Positions 1 through 9,771 of a stretch of DNA of 64,000 nucleotides are shown here, piece after piece. Source of the DNA: Nitrospirales bacterium (lineage in GTDB: Bacteria; Nitrospirota; Nitrospiria; Nitrospirales; UBA8639); contig CBDBNQ010000002.1 of assembly GCA_965207835.1 (NCBI GenBank), positions 1,713,224-1,777,223 of the forward strand, in the 5' to 3' direction. Within the stretch, counting starts at the first letter, position 1. Every line of letters starts with the position of its first letter. The position numbers and the translations under genes were made by a program. The notes beneath the pieces were generated by a model. The model did no database searches, was not told where the DNA came from, and saw nothing but the letters and a program-made list of their open reading frames with translations.

Positions 1-329
1 CGGGGACGAAGTATTACTACTGATGTGCGCCGGCTCGGATAAAGCGACCCCCCTGACTACTCTGTCTCCAGAGAGAGCCCCTTGGGCTCTTGTCATCAGG
101 GGGGAACCTTTAGAATTGATGGTAACAGCTCCTACCACGGGATTCAATAGCCAGTTGCTGGACGCGCCACGTAGCGTTGGAGTCCAAGGTGGCGACTCTG
201 ACGAGACGAGTTGTTCCTTGCCATTACAGCGCACCCGCGCAGGAGGCGAGAAGTGTTCAAGGAGCATGAACAGGTCGTGCTTGCCGCCGAAGTTTTTGGT
301 GATGAGGGGGGATTCCGGTGTGGTCCGGA

Positions 330-716
330 TCACCAGAGCCGGCGAACGCCGTATTGATCGAAGAGTTTCTCAATCGAGATGAGGACCAAGTTGCCGGACA
401 ATGCCTGCGCGATGAGCATTCTATCGAATGGATCGCGAATAGGATCAGGCAACGCGCCGGCGCGGGCTGCGTCCTCCACGGTTATTGGCAGTTCTTCGAA
501 GTTTTGTCCGGCTATTGCCCCGCTGATGTCGAGGGCTAGCTCCTCTGCCTCAGGGAGTTTGCCTAGCCGATGTTTGGTGGCGATCTCCCATGCCGACGCC
601 GCACTGATCAGCACGTCATTCGTCTCATCCACAATCGTCTGCCGCACCTCTTCAGACAGGCGTCTGCTGTCCGTAAACCACCAGAGAAACGTATGAGTGT
701 CCAACAGCGCCCGCAC
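330..716 (-). CDS. vapC: PIN-domain toxin, VapC family
   Basis: 128-aa ORF with an N-terminal LLDTHxFLW PIN-type start and conserved acidic residues. Starts 3 nt after the stop of the upstream antitoxin ORF. Confidence 0.85.
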   Translation of the reverse strand: MRALLDTHTFLWWFTDSRRLSEEVRQTIVDETNDVLISAASAWEIATKHRLGKLPEAEELALDISGAIAGQNFEELPITVEDAARAGALPDPIRDPFDRMLIAQALSGNLVLISIEKLFDQYGVRRLW

Positions 717-718
717 CG

Positions 719-952
719 CTATTCACCTTCCCATGCCTTCAATTCTTCCTCCGGTAGCGGATCGGAGAAACTGTCTGGAATGACGATCTTGCCTTTGAAG
801 ATGTCGGGCTGCCGCTTGCCCCGTTTTTGGACGCGGACGAGCCGGGCCACCGGCGTGCCGCTACGGGCGATAACGACTTCCTCCCCTGCCTCGACTTGCG
901 CAAGCAGGCGTGACAGGTTGGTTTTGGCTTCATGGACATTCACTTTTACCAT
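719..952 (-). CDS. Phd/YefM-type antitoxin paired with VapC
   Basis: 77-aa ORF. The N-terminus MVKVNVHEAKTNLSRLL..GEEVVI is typical of Phd/YefM antitoxins. Tightly coupled to the PIN gene. Confidence 0.8.
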   Translation of the reverse strand: MVKVNVHEAKTNLSRLLAQVEAGEEVVIARSGTPVARLVRVQKRGKRQPDIFKGKIVIPDSFSDPLPEEELKAWEGE

Positions 953-1066
953 CGCCGGCTCCTTGCTGACGTTATTAGCTAACAGTATGGCTAAGCATGG
1001 GGCTTGTCAAGCGGAGAGCGGTACGTTTCAGTTGCTGGAGTTGTCTCAGATCTGGAAATTTGTGGC

Positions 1067-1324
1067 TTACGTCAGCACTTCGAGTAGCGTTCCGGCGAAT
1101 GTTGCTTCCCCGATCAGTCGATCTTTCTCGGAAGCGATGTCAGATTTTCCCGACGTACCAAGATCGAAGACGATGGAACGGTCAATATTTCGTGGGGACT
1201 CAGCCAAATCCCGGTCCACCAGTCGACGGATATATTCGGCAAGTGAAACGCCAAGCTCAGCAGCACGCGCACGCATTCGTGTGTGCAACTCGGAATCGAA
1301 AGATATTTGCGTTCTAACCATCAT
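1067..1324 (-). CDS. Ribbon-helix-helix (CopG/MetJ-like) small protein, no adjacent toxin
   Basis: Internal ATG of track ORF 1067..1963. The 85-aa product begins MMVRTQISFDSELHTRMRARAAELGVSLAEYIRRLV (RHH pattern). The rest of the long ORF is antisense to hsdR and judged spurious. Confidence 0.55.
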   Translation of the reverse strand: MMVRTQISFDSELHTRMRARAAELGVSLAEYIRRLVDRDLAESPRNIDRSIVFDLGTSGKSDIASEKDRLIGEATFAGTLLEVLT

Positions 1325-1393
1325 TATGTCGCTACCATACTGTCTGCTTAATGGCGTATCAAGGTATTTCATGATGCTCATGGAGGGCATCTC

Positions 1394-4357
1394 GTGAGCG
1401 ATCTCAAGATTAGCGAGGCTGCCTCGGTCCAGTTCCCCATGGTTCGTCACGCGGCGGAGGTCGGCTGGATACCGCTCCCGCCGGAAGTGGCGATGCATAA
1501 GCGTGGCGGCGAGGCCGGCATGCTGTTCCGGGACGAACTCGAAGGCGCACTTGGACGGTTCAATCCCTGGATGACGGACGACGTCATCCGTTCCGTAGTT
1601 GAGAGGATCGAGGCGATCCCTCCGGCCATCGAGGGGAACCGCGAGATGCTGGCTTGGTTGCACGGCGAGCGGCAATGGTACGACGAGGATGAAAAGCGTC
1701 ACCGGCGCGTCCGGCTCGTCGATTTTGAAACGCCGAATGCCAACGTCTTTCACGTCACCTGGGAGTGGAAACTCAAGCCCCCGGCCCGTAAGGGCAACCG
1801 GGCGGACGTGATGTTCGTGATCAACGGTGTGCCGGTTGCCATCGTCGAGCACAAGAACCCCAAGGACGCCGATGCCATCGAGCGGGCCGTCACACAACTG
1901 CGACGCTACGAGATTGAGACCCCCGAGTTGATAGCCTCGCCGCAACTCTTCAACGTCACGCACCTGATCGAATACTGGTACGGCGTCACCTGGAATGCGT
2001 CGCGCCGGTACATGGCGCGTTGGAAGGAACGGCCCGAGGAAAGCTACCGGTTTGCCGTCCAGTCGTTCTTTGAGCCTACCGATTTTCTGCGCACGTTACG
2101 GGACTGGGTTCTCTTCTACGTCGAGGACGGTGAGACCAGAAAGTCGGTGCTGCGGCAACATCAGCGCCGCGCCATCGACCGTATTGTTTCCCGTTGCGAG
2201 GAGCCGGCGAAGCGCCGCGGGCTCATCTGGCATACGCAGGGTTCCGGCAAGACCTTTACGTTGCTCACGGCCGCGCGCCTGATCCTGGAGCGCGCGGACC
2301 GGTTCCGCACACCGACGGTCGTCGTGGTCGTGGACCGGATGGAGCTTGAAGGGCAGCTCAAGGGTTGGGTTGAGCGGCTGCTCGGCGAGATGCAGCAGCA
2401 GGATATCGCGGTCTGGCGCGCCAGTTCCAAAGCCGAACTCCGGGATCTGTTTGAAACCGACACGCGCGGTCTGATCCTTTCGATGATTCACAAGTTCGAG
2501 GGCATCGAGAAGGACGCCAATTCCCGGGACAACGTCTACGTGTTTATCGACGAGGCGCACCGGTCGGTGGCCAAGGATCTGGGCACGTACCTGATGGCGG
2601 CCTTGCCCAACGCGACGATTATCGGGTTCACCGGCACGCCGATCGACAAGACGGCCCAGGGCGAGGGCACGTTCAAGATCTTTGGCACTGACGATGAATT
2701 GGGTTATCTCGACAAGTACACCATCGCCGAGTCGATTGAAGACGAGACGACGCTGCCGATTCACCACACGATGGCCCCGAGCGAGATGACGGTGCCGGCG
2801 GAACGACTCGACAAGGAATTCTTCGCCCTGGCCGAATTCGAGGGCGTCACGGACGTTGATGAACTCAATAAAGTCCTTGATCGAGCCGTCGGTCTGCGCA
2901 CGTTCCTCACTGCTGATGACCGGATCGAGAAAGTCGCGGCGTTTGTGGCCGCGCACTTCAGGGAGAACGTGGACCGGCTCGGCTATAAGGCGTTTCTCGT
3001 GGGCGTGAACCGGGAAGCCTGCGCCAAGTACAAGCGCGCGCTTGATAGGCTGCTGCCACCCGACTGGACCGCGCCGGTGTATACGGAAAACGTCAACGAC
3101 GTGGTGGAGCGTCCGCTGGTCGCTGAACTTCAGCTTTCCTCGGAACGCGAGGAGGACGTGCGTCTCATATTCAAGCGGGCAGGTGAGAATCCGAAAATCC
3201 TCATTGTCACCGACAAGCTGCTGACGGGCTATGACGCGCCTCTTCTGTATTGCATGTATCTCGACAAACCGATGCGCGATCACGTGCTCTTGCAGGCGAT
3301 TGCGCGCGTGAACCGCCCGTACGTGGATGCAACCGGCACCCGCAAGCGCATCGGTCTCGTGGTCGACTTCGTCGGGGTGTTACGCGAGTTGCGGAAGGCG
3401 CTCCGGTTTGACTCCACGGATGTGAGCGGCGTGATTGAAGATCTCGATCTGCTGCTGGCTGACTTTTTAGACAGGATCGAGCGGGCGAGAGCGGACTACC
3501 TCGCCGGAAAAGGAAGCGACGCTGCTGACGAGCACCTTGAGGATATTGTCTACGGACGTTTCCTGGACCCGGAGCCGCGCAAGGTGTTCTTTGAGACTTA
3601 CAAGGAGATCGAGGCGCTTTGGGAAATTCTCTCGCCTTCACCCGAGCTTCGCGATCATATCGTGACGTACAAGCGGCTTGCGCAACTCTATGCAGCCGTT
3701 CGGAACGCCTACACCACCAGGGTCAACTACGTGATAGACCTCGCCAACAAGACGCGCTCGCTGATCCAAGATGGTGCCGTTCAGCAAGGCCTCGGCTACC
3801 TGACGAAAACCGTCACGTTCGACGTGAACACCCTCGAAGCGCTTCGAGGTGAATCAGGGTCCGACGAGGCCAAGGTCTTCAACCTTGTGCGCGGCCTTCG
3901 ACGAGAGATCGAGGAAGATCGGGATTCGGCGTCCGTGCTGAGACCACTGAAGGAGCGCGCAGAGCAAGTCCTGAAGGATCTGGAGGAGCGGAAGACGACC
4001 GGGCTCGCGGCAATGGATCTGCTGGCCGACATTGCCAGGGAAAAGGAAACGGCTGTCAAGGCGGCGAAAGAAAGTGGCCTCTCGCCGCGTGCATTTGGCG
4101 TGTATTGGACACTGAAGAACGATCCGGGCTTCGAAACAACCGGCATCGCAGCCATGGATTTGGCGAAGGAAACGGAAGATCTTCTCACGCGCTTCCCTAA
4201 TGCTGCTGTCAACCCCGATGAGCAACGGCGTCTGCGCATGGTTCTTTATCGACTGCTTCTGGGACTGGATAAGGAGGAACGGAGCCGTGTCGTGAAGCTC
4301 GTCCTCTCAATACTTTTGGGTGAAGGCGCCGATGCGGACGAACGACAAGCGACGTGA
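1394..4357 (+). CDS. hsdR: Type I restriction enzyme R subunit
   Basis: 987 aa. Has an N-terminal HsdR nuclease-type region ([16 protein letters not shown]). SF2 motifs are present: HTQGSGKT Walker [13 protein letters not shown] box, [29 protein letters not shown] lies upstream of a GTG start. Confidence 0.9.
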   Translation: MSDLKISEAASVQFPMVRHAAEVGWIPLPPEVAMHKRGGEAGMLFRDELEGALGRFNPWMTDDVIRSVVERIEAIPPAIEGNREMLAWLHGERQWYDEDEKRHRRVRLVDFETPNANVFHVTWEWKLKPPARKGNRADVMFVINGVPVAIVEHKNPKDADAIERAVTQLRRYEIETPELIASPQLFNVTHLIEYWYGVTWNASRRYMARWKERPEESYRFAVQSFFEPTDFLRTLRDWVLFYVEDGETRKSVLRQHQRRAIDRIVSRCEEPAKRRGLIWHTQGSGKTFTLLTAARLILERADRFRTPTVVVVVDRMELEGQLKGWVERLLGEMQQQDIAVWRASSKAELRDLFETDTRGLILSMIHKFEGIEKDANSRDNVYVFIDEAHRSVAKDLGTYLMAALPNATIIGFTGTPIDKTAQGEGTFKIFGTDDELGYLDKYTIAESIEDETTLPIHHTMAPSEMTVPAERLDKEFFALAEFEGVTDVDELNKVLDRAVGLRTFLTADDRIEKVAAFVAAHFRENVDRLGYKAFLVGVNREACAKYKRALDRLLPPDWTAPVYTENVNDVVERPLVAELQLSSEREEDVRLIFKRAGENPKILIVTDKLLTGYDAPLLYCMYLDKPMRDHVLLQAIARVNRPYVDATGTRKRIGLVVDFVGVLRELRKALRFDSTDVSGVIEDLDLLLADFLDRIERARADYLAGKGSDAADEHLEDIVYGRFLDPEPRKVFFETYKEIEALWEILSPSPELRDHIVTYKRLAQLYAAVRNAYTTRVNYVIDLANKTRSLIQDGAVQQGLGYLTKTVTFDVNTLEALRGESGSDEAKVFNLVRGLRREIEEDRDSASVLRPLKERAEQVLKDLEERKTTGLAAMDLLADIAREKETAVKAAKESGLSPRAFGVYWTLKNDPGFETTGIAAMDLAKETEDLLTRFPNAAVNPDEQRRLRMVLYRLLLGLDKEERSRVVKLVLSILLGEGADADERQAT

Positions 4358-4634
4358 GTTCATTCGCACCCGCGTTATCTACTGGGCGCAACGACTGAAA
4401 GTCCGTCCGCGCTTGGTCCGGGTTCAGCATATGACGCAAAAGTGGGGCTCATGTTCCACGTCGGGCACCGTGACCCTGGCATACGACCTGGCCGATAGGG
4501 AATTGAGCTTCCAAAATTTTGTCATCGCGCACGAACTGCTCCACCTTCGCGTGCCCAACCACGGCAAACTTTTCAAGGCATTGATGACGGCTCACGTGCC
4601 TGACTGGAAAAGACACGATGTCAACAGGCAGTAG
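4320..4634 (+). CDS. Short DUF45/YgjP-like zinc metallopeptidase
   Basis: 104 aa with a KWGSCS motif and an HELLHL zinc-binding motif. Overlaps the hsdR 3-prime end, a frequent partner position. Shorter than my recollection of typical family members. Confidence 0.7.
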   Translation: MKAPMRTNDKRREFIRTRVIYWAQRLKVRPRLVRVQHMTQKWGSCSTSGTVTLAYDLADRELSFQNFVIAHELLHLRVPNHGKLFKALMTAHVPDWKRHDVNRQ

Positions 4635-4685
4635 CCTTCGCCGTTCGGGGTTGTACGGGACAGTAAACTTGTTCATGAGTGTGTT

Positions 4686-4988
4686 ATGATCGACGAAGCG
4701 GTATCCAAGAACGGTGTTGTGATTCGCCTCACCGATGAACGCTGGGCTCATATTACCGAGGAGCACTGTGAATTGGCCGGTTTGCGTTCAGAAGTGTTGG
4801 AAACCGTCTTGTTGCCGGAGCGGATACTCGTCGGTGGCGAAGGCGAACTGATTGCAATACGGAAGATGGGACATGACAAACATCTGATAGTCGTCTATCG
4901 GGAACAGGGGCATGACGGGTTTATTATCACCGCGTTTTTAACCAGCAAAACTCGATTGCTTGCGAAGAGGAGACAGATATGGCCATAG
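4686..4988 (+). CDS. Small conserved hypothetical protein, possible toxin-like partner of DUF2283
   Basis: 100-aa ORF that overlaps the following DUF2283 ORF by 10 nt. Family not recognised with certainty. Confidence 0.5.
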   Translation: MIDEAVSKNGVVIRLTDERWAHITEEHCELAGLRSEVLETVLLPERILVGGEGELIAIRKMGHDKHLIVVYREQGHDGFIITAFLTSKTRLLAKRRQIWP

Positions 4989-5221
4989 CCGATTTTCAGG
5001 AATACTTGAAGCTGATCCCCATTGTTAATCGTGCACCACAGCATGCTGTCTGGTTAACGTTTGATGCCGAGGCGGACACACTTTATGTGAACTTTAAAAA
5101 GCCCAGCTACGCCACTGACAGCGAGATGTCCGAGGATGACGTCATTGTCCGCTATGAGGGGAAAACGGTGATTGGCTTCACGGTTTTACACGCCAGCAAA
5201 CGACCACCGAAGACGGCATAG
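4979..5221 (+). CDS. DUF2283-family small protein
   Basis: 80 aa with an FDAEADTLYV motif and an IGFTVLHASK tail, characteristic of DUF2283. Confidence 0.7.
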   Translation: MAIADFQEYLKLIPIVNRAPQHAVWLTFDAEADTLYVNFKKPSYATDSEMSEDDVIVRYEGKTVIGFTVLHASKRPPKTA

Positions 5222-5307
5222 TCCCATTTTTCTGATCGGGAAATGGCCAATCCGCCGGTCGTCGCTGTCTACCCGATCCAAAATACCAATAAATATTTGA
5301 GGGAACC

Positions 5308-5502
5308 ATGAAGGTGAAATACGACCAGGAAGTCGACGTGTTGACCATTCAACTGAGCAATGCTCCCGTTGAGGAAAGTGACCAGGATAAATCGGGGGTT
5401 ATTCTCGATTACGACAGGGATGGCAACATCGTCGGGCTTGAAATCCTGAGTGCCTCCAAGCGGATAGAAAATCCTCGAACATTGGAATTTGCGGTGGTTT
5501 AG
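5308..5502 (+). CDS. DUF2283-family small protein (second copy, stand-alone)
   Basis: 64 aa with YDQEVDVLTIQL and NIVGLEILSASK motifs. Confidence 0.7.
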   Translation: MKVKYDQEVDVLTIQLSNAPVEESDQDKSGVILDYDRDGNIVGLEILSASKRIENPRTLEFAVV

Positions 5503-5539
5503 TTCACTTGTTGTGTGACATGCCCTATGTCGAGCCAGC

Positions 5540-7960
5540 TTGAATCTGCGGTCATCTCTTAACCGCCCCCCAATGGACAACAACGCTCTTTCATGCTGGA
5601 ATCCGCGGCGGTGGTATGGGGAACTGCGGCACGTTTGGCGCGATACCCGTCTGTTGGTCCTATCCGCGCAGATTGCGGCTATTTATGCGGCCGTGCTGAT
5701 TCCGTTCAAGGTGGGGATTCCCATCATCCCCGGCTTTGTGGAACTGAGACCGGCCAACGTCATTCCCATCGTCAGTTCGTTGCTCTTCGGTCCGGCCGCG
5801 GCGTGGGGCGCGGGAATCGGCAACGTGATCGGAGATTGTTTCGGCACGCTGGGACCGGCCAGTCTCTTCGGGTTTCTGGGAAATTTTCTCTATGGGTACG
5901 TGCCGTACCTGTTGTGGGGAAACCTGGGGTGGTTGTCGTCGGGGCGGGAACCTATGGTGCGTTCCTGGAGGCAGGGCGTGGAATACGTGATCGTCTGTGT
6001 CTTCGCATCCCTGGTGTGTGCCGCCACGATCGGGTGGGGCGTGGAATTGTTGGGCCTCCTTCCGTTTTGGCTCTTGTTCCCCGCCATTTTTTTGAACAAT
6101 CTGGTGATGGCGACGGTACTCGGCCCGCCGCTGCTGTTGTTCCTCTATCCGCGAATCAAGCGATGGAACCTGTATTACCGTGATCTGACGTTCATGGATG
6201 CGGTCGGAGAGAAGCAAGAGCCTTCCGGGGATCTTCTTCCTTCAGCGTCGTCACCACCGGCGAAAGCCGGGTCCGTGGCTGTCTCCATTCAGGACGTGAC
6301 GTTTCGCCCGATGCATGCGGAGCAGCCCGTGCTCAAACATGTATCTCTGGACGTTCAACGTGGAGAATTGGTCGTCCTGATGGGTCGGAGTGGATCGGGG
6401 AAGTCTTCATTCTGCTACGCCTTGAACGGGTTGGTGCCGCAATTTATTCAAGGCGAATGGACCGGCGCGGTGACGGTACACGGACAATCCACGACGCAAT
6501 CCCCGGTGTGGCAACAGGCCAATGGCGTCGGCATGGTGTTTCAGGATTTCGAAACGCAATTGGTTTCGACCAACGTGGAGACGGAACTTCGATGCGCCCT
6601 GGAAGCACAGGGAGTCACGCATGACGTGACCGACGAAGAATCCTTTCACGAGCACGTGCGACGCCTCCTTGATCTGGTCGGGTTGCCGGGTCTGGAGCGG
6701 CGTGACCCGTTTTCCTTGTCGGGCGGGCAACGGCAGCGCCTGGTGGTGGCATCGGTCCTGGTCCGGGAACCCCGGGTGATCGTCATGGACCAACCGTTGA
6801 CCGATCTCGACCCGGTGGGCAGACGGCAGTTTCTCCGCCTCCTGGCGGAATTGAAAGCCAAAGGGATCACCATCATTGTCGCCGCACATGGGGTCGAAGA
6901 CTTCAGGGAAGCCGATCGGGTGTGCGTGCTGGATCAAGGAGAAATGGTGTGGCAAGGCACTCCTCGTGAATTGCTGAGTCAGCCCGATCTGGCCGAACGA
7001 TACGGCGTGCCCTCCTATCCGTTGGCAGCATGTTTCCAGGGAAGGGGCGTTCAAGTCTTGCCGGCGACGGTTGAAGAAGCATGGCACTTGGCTGATACGC
7101 TTGGCCTGAGCATCGTCGCGCCGAAGTCACACGAGCAGGATTCAGACGTGGTCCGTTCCGAACCTCCCGCAACCGTGCTGGAACTCAGCAACGTGTCGGC
7201 GCAGTACCAGCCGGGCGTTCCGGCACTCTCCCGGGTTTCCGTATCGTTTCAGGCCGGGGAATTCGTGGCGATTCTCGGGCAGAATGGTTCGGGGAAGAGC
7301 ACACTGGCAAAATTATGCAATGGGCTCCTGTTGCCGTCGGAAGGCCGCGTGTTGGTTCTCGGAAAGGAGAGGCAATCAACCGGGGCGTTGTCGTCCATCG
7401 TCGGATACGTTTTTCAAAATCCCGATCATCAGATTTTTGCGGAAACCGTGCGCAAGGAAATTGCCTTTGGTGCGGAGAACGCAGGCTGTTCACCCGGTGA
7501 ATGCGAAGTCCGCGTCACCGAAGCGCTGCAAGCAGTCGGGTTGACCGGGGCCGAAGAGCGGGACCCGTTTTCTTTGACGAAAGGCGAACGTCAGCGCGTG
7601 GCGGTTGCGTCCATTCTTGCCGCCAAGCCTCGCATCCTGATTGTGGATGAGCCCACCACCGGGCTCGACGCGGAGGAATCGGCTCGCATGATGAACATGA
7701 TGCGCACGCTGAACCAACAGGGCCACACCATTATCGTGATTACCCATGACATGGGGATCGTTGCGAACTACGCGACGCGATGCGTGCTGATGCGGGATGG
7801 CACCATATTGGCGGATGGGCCGACGCGAGAAGTGTTTTCGGACCCTGAACTTCTGAGGTCTACGGCCTTGGCGTTGCCGGCCCTGACCCGGTTCACCCAG
7901 CGGTGGGGCGTGACGCTGCTGACAATAGAGGAAGTGCGGAGGGCTTGGCGCGCGTCATGA
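5540..7960 (+). CDS. ECF-type transporter fusion: QueT-like S-component membrane domain plus two ABC ATPase domains (EcfA-EcfA')
   Basis: 806 aa. The N-terminal ~210 aa are polytopic membrane sequence resembling QueT/ECF S components. Two ATPase cassettes follow: GRSGSGKSS..LSGGQRQR..IVMDQP and GQNGSGKST..LTKGERQR..LIVDEPT. The start codon is uncertain (alternative ATG at 5573). Confidence 0.85.
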   Translation: MNLRSSLNRPPMDNNALSCWNPRRWYGELRHVWRDTRLLVLSAQIAAIYAAVLIPFKVGIPIIPGFVELRPANVIPIVSSLLFGPAAAWGAGIGNVIGDCFGTLGPASLFGFLGNFLYGYVPYLLWGNLGWLSSGREPMVRSWRQGVEYVIVCVFASLVCAATIGWGVELLGLLPFWLLFPAIFLNNLVMATVLGPPLLLFLYPRIKRWNLYYRDLTFMDAVGEKQEPSGDLLPSASSPPAKAGSVAVSIQDVTFRPMHAEQPVLKHVSLDVQRGELVVLMGRSGSGKSSFCYALNGLVPQFIQGEWTGAVTVHGQSTTQSPVWQQANGVGMVFQDFETQLVSTNVETELRCALEAQGVTHDVTDEESFHEHVRRLLDLVGLPGLERRDPFSLSGGQRQRLVVASVLVREPRVIVMDQPLTDLDPVGRRQFLRLLAELKAKGITIIVAAHGVEDFREADRVCVLDQGEMVWQGTPRELLSQPDLAERYGVPSYPLAACFQGRGVQVLPATVEEAWHLADTLGLSIVAPKSHEQDSDVVRSEPPATVLELSNVSAQYQPGVPALSRVSVSFQAGEFVAILGQNGSGKSTLAKLCNGLLLPSEGRVLVLGKERQSTGALSSIVGYVFQNPDHQIFAETVRKEIAFGAENAGCSPGECEVRVTEALQAVGLTGAEERDPFSLTKGERQRVAVASILAAKPRILIVDEPTTGLDAEESARMMNMMRTLNQQGHTIIVITHDMGIVANYATRCVLMRDGTILADGPTREVFSDPELLRSTALALPALTRFTQRWGVTLLTIEEVRRAWRAS

Positions 7961-8733
7961 ACCTGTCACTGTACGTCGATGCACGGACGTGGGTGCACCG
8001 GCTGGACGGCCGGACAAAAATCCTCTGCCTGCTCGGGCTCTTTTCCTTGAGCCTGTTGTTTTCAGACCCGGTGTACTTGCTTGGGCTCTGCGCGGGTGTC
8101 CTGGCCCTGGTTCTCTGGGCGCACAGTCTTCACAATCTGAAAAAGATTTGGATCCTGCTGGTGCTGTTGTTTGTGTACAGCGTCGCGCTCTGGCCCTTCT
8201 TCGTGGAGGGGACCACCCCGCTGTTCACGATGGGCGGGCTGACCGTCATGCAGGAAGGCGTGCTGTATGGTATGGGTATGGGCCTGCGGCTGAATGCCAT
8301 GCTCATCAGCGGCATTGTGCTCTTGTCGACCACGGGCATTGAAGAGCTTGCCGAGTCCTCGAATCGATTGGGCATACCCCGTCCTCTGGGGTTTTCGTTG
8401 TCGCTCGCTTTCCGATGGGTTCCCACGTTGCTGGGCTCAATCGGGGCCGTGATTCAGGCCCAGCGCTCGAGAGGGTTGGACGTGCAATCCAAGGGTGTGT
8501 TTGGAAAAATCCGCCGGTACCCTCCGTTGATCGTGCCGTTGATCGGTCATACCCTTCGCCAGACTAATCTACTCGCCATGGCCTTGGAATCCAAAGGCTT
8601 TGGAACCGGACAGGTTCAACGTCTCTTGTTTGTTTCGAAAATGCAAGGGGCTGACTTTGCGGCTCTTGCGGTAATTGCCGTCCTGGTGTTGGGAAGTGTC
8701 TGGATGAGGTTTAACGGGTATGGTACTATTTGA
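7957..8733 (+). CDS. ecfT: ECF transporter transmembrane T component (CbiQ family)
   Basis: The ATG at 7957 overlaps the upstream stop (ATGA). Hydrophobic protein beginning VHRLDGRTKILCLL. Conserved position downstream of the ATPases. Confidence 0.85.
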   Translation: MNLSLYVDARTWVHRLDGRTKILCLLGLFSLSLLFSDPVYLLGLCAGVLALVLWAHSLHNLKKIWILLVLLFVYSVALWPFFVEGTTPLFTMGGLTVMQEGVLYGMGMGLRLNAMLISGIVLLSTTGIEELAESSNRLGIPRPLGFSLSLAFRWVPTLLGSIGAVIQAQRSRGLDVQSKGVFGKIRRYPPLIVPLIGHTLRQTNLLAMALESKGFGTGQVQRLLFVSKMQGADFAALAVIAVLVLGSVWMRFNGYGTI

Positions 8734-8803
8734 ACGGAACCGGTGACGTGCAGCGGACTCGCACGTCCAACTTACGGCGTTTAGCAGGAAAGGTGGTGGC
8801 GGG

Positions 8804-9733
8804 ATGAAAGGGTCTGTGGCGTTGGTGAAAATGATGAGTGCCGTGTGTATCCTCCTGTTGGTACAGGGTCCCTCTGTCCCTGCGCAGGGTGGAGGATCAA
8901 GCGAACCCACGAAAACGATCATCGGTGACTTGCTGGACGTGGACCGGGACTTCTACATCGTGCGAGGCGAACGGGGCGAGATTCAAATCGAAGCCACACA
9001 CAAGACCGAGATCACGGAAGAATTCGGATACGGCGACCGCATCAAGGCCTTGGTGCTGATGAACAACAAGGCGTTGAAGATCGAGCGCGCCGGACCCGAT
9101 GACGTGACGGGCGTGACGGAAAACCTGCCGGTCACAGCGCAAGTCTCTGAAGCCCAACAAGACGCCAAGGGGGAAGCTCCTGCGCCGGCCGCACAACCCA
9201 AGCAACCAGAATCCAAAACCATTGTGGCCGATCTGCTGGACGTTGATCGTGATTTTTACATCGTGCGGGGCGAACGGGGCGAGATTCAAATCGAAGCCAC
9301 GCACAAGACCGAGATCACGGAAGAATTCGGATACGGCGACCGCATCAAGGCCTTGGTGCTGATGAACAACAAGGCGTTGAAGATCGAGCGCGCCGGGCCC
9401 GATGACGTGACGGGCGTGACGGAAAATGTGCCGGTCACCGCGCAAGCGCCTGTAGCTCCAGAGGGCGGTAAAGAGCAAGCCCCTGCGGCCCCGGCGCAGC
9501 CGAAGCAACCGGAATCCAAAACCATTATTGGCGATCTGCTGGACGTTGATCGGGATTTCTACATCGTGCGGGGCGAGCGAGGCGAGATTCAAATCGAAGC
9601 CACGCACAAGACCGAGATCACGGAGGAATTCGGATATGGGGATCGGATCAAAGCGAAAGTCCTCATGAACAACAAGGCGTTGAAGATCGAGCGCGCCGGG
9701 CCGGATGACGTGTCGGGGGTCTACACGGAATGA
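8804..9733 (+). CDS. Secreted protein made of three ~101-aa tandem repeats, unknown function
   Basis: 309 aa. Has a signal-peptide-like N-terminus (MKGSVALVKMMSAVCILLLVQGPSVPAQG). The unit KTI(I/V)(G/A)DLLDVDRDFYIVRGERGEIQIEATHKTEITEEFGYGDRIKA.VLMNNKALKIERAGPDDV occurs three times, joined by Pro/Ala/Gln linkers. Confidence 0.75.
   Translation: MKGSVALVKMMSAVCILLLVQGPSVPAQGGGSSEPTKTIIGDLLDVDRDFYIVRGERGEIQIEATHKTEITEEFGYGDRIKALVLMNNKALKIERAGPDDVTGVTENLPVTAQVSEAQQDAKGEAPAPAAQPKQPESKTIVADLLDVDRDFYIVRGERGEIQIEATHKTEITEEFGYGDRIKALVLMNNKALKIERAGPDDVTGVTENVPVTAQAPVAPEGGKEQAPAAPAQPKQPESKTIIGDLLDVDRDFYIVRGERGEIQIEATHKTEITEEFGYGDRIKAKVLMNNKALKIERAGPDDVSGVYTE
8912..9712. repeat. Three tandem 303-bp repeats inside the CDS
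   Basis: Repeat units start at 8912, 9215 and 9518, an exact 303-bp period. The cores are nearly identical at the nucleotide level. Confidence 0.9.
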
Positions 9734-9771
9734 TGTAGCCAGAGATTGTTGTTTCCGGCAGTTTTTCTCCC

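Noticed and set aside
1-382. Two open frames at the window edge: + strand 23..382, and a - strand frame running from about 325 off the left end.
   Set aside because: Neither translation shows a recognisable motif, and both have non-protein-like composition over much of their length. The - frame has high third-position GC only in its first ~35 codons. I could not decide which, if either, is real without the upstream sequence.
2096-3283. Long antisense ORFs inside well-supported genes. Examples: 2096..3283 (-), 14319..15290 (-), 40613..41539 (-), 48638..49654 (+), 49748..50782 (+), 50924..51934 (+), 52885..54276 (-), 58040..59080 (-) and 62012..62623 (+).
   Set aside because: These are shadow frames typical of GC-rich coding DNA. 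Their products are Arg/Gly/Pro/His-rich with no motifs, and each overlaps a gene with clear family signatures on the other strand.
8897-9607. Antisense ORFs within the triple-repeat gene: 8897..9607, 8983..9222 and 9286..9525.
   Set aside because: They are duplicated only because the DNA is repeated. The sense frame has a signal peptide and a coherent domain-linker structure.
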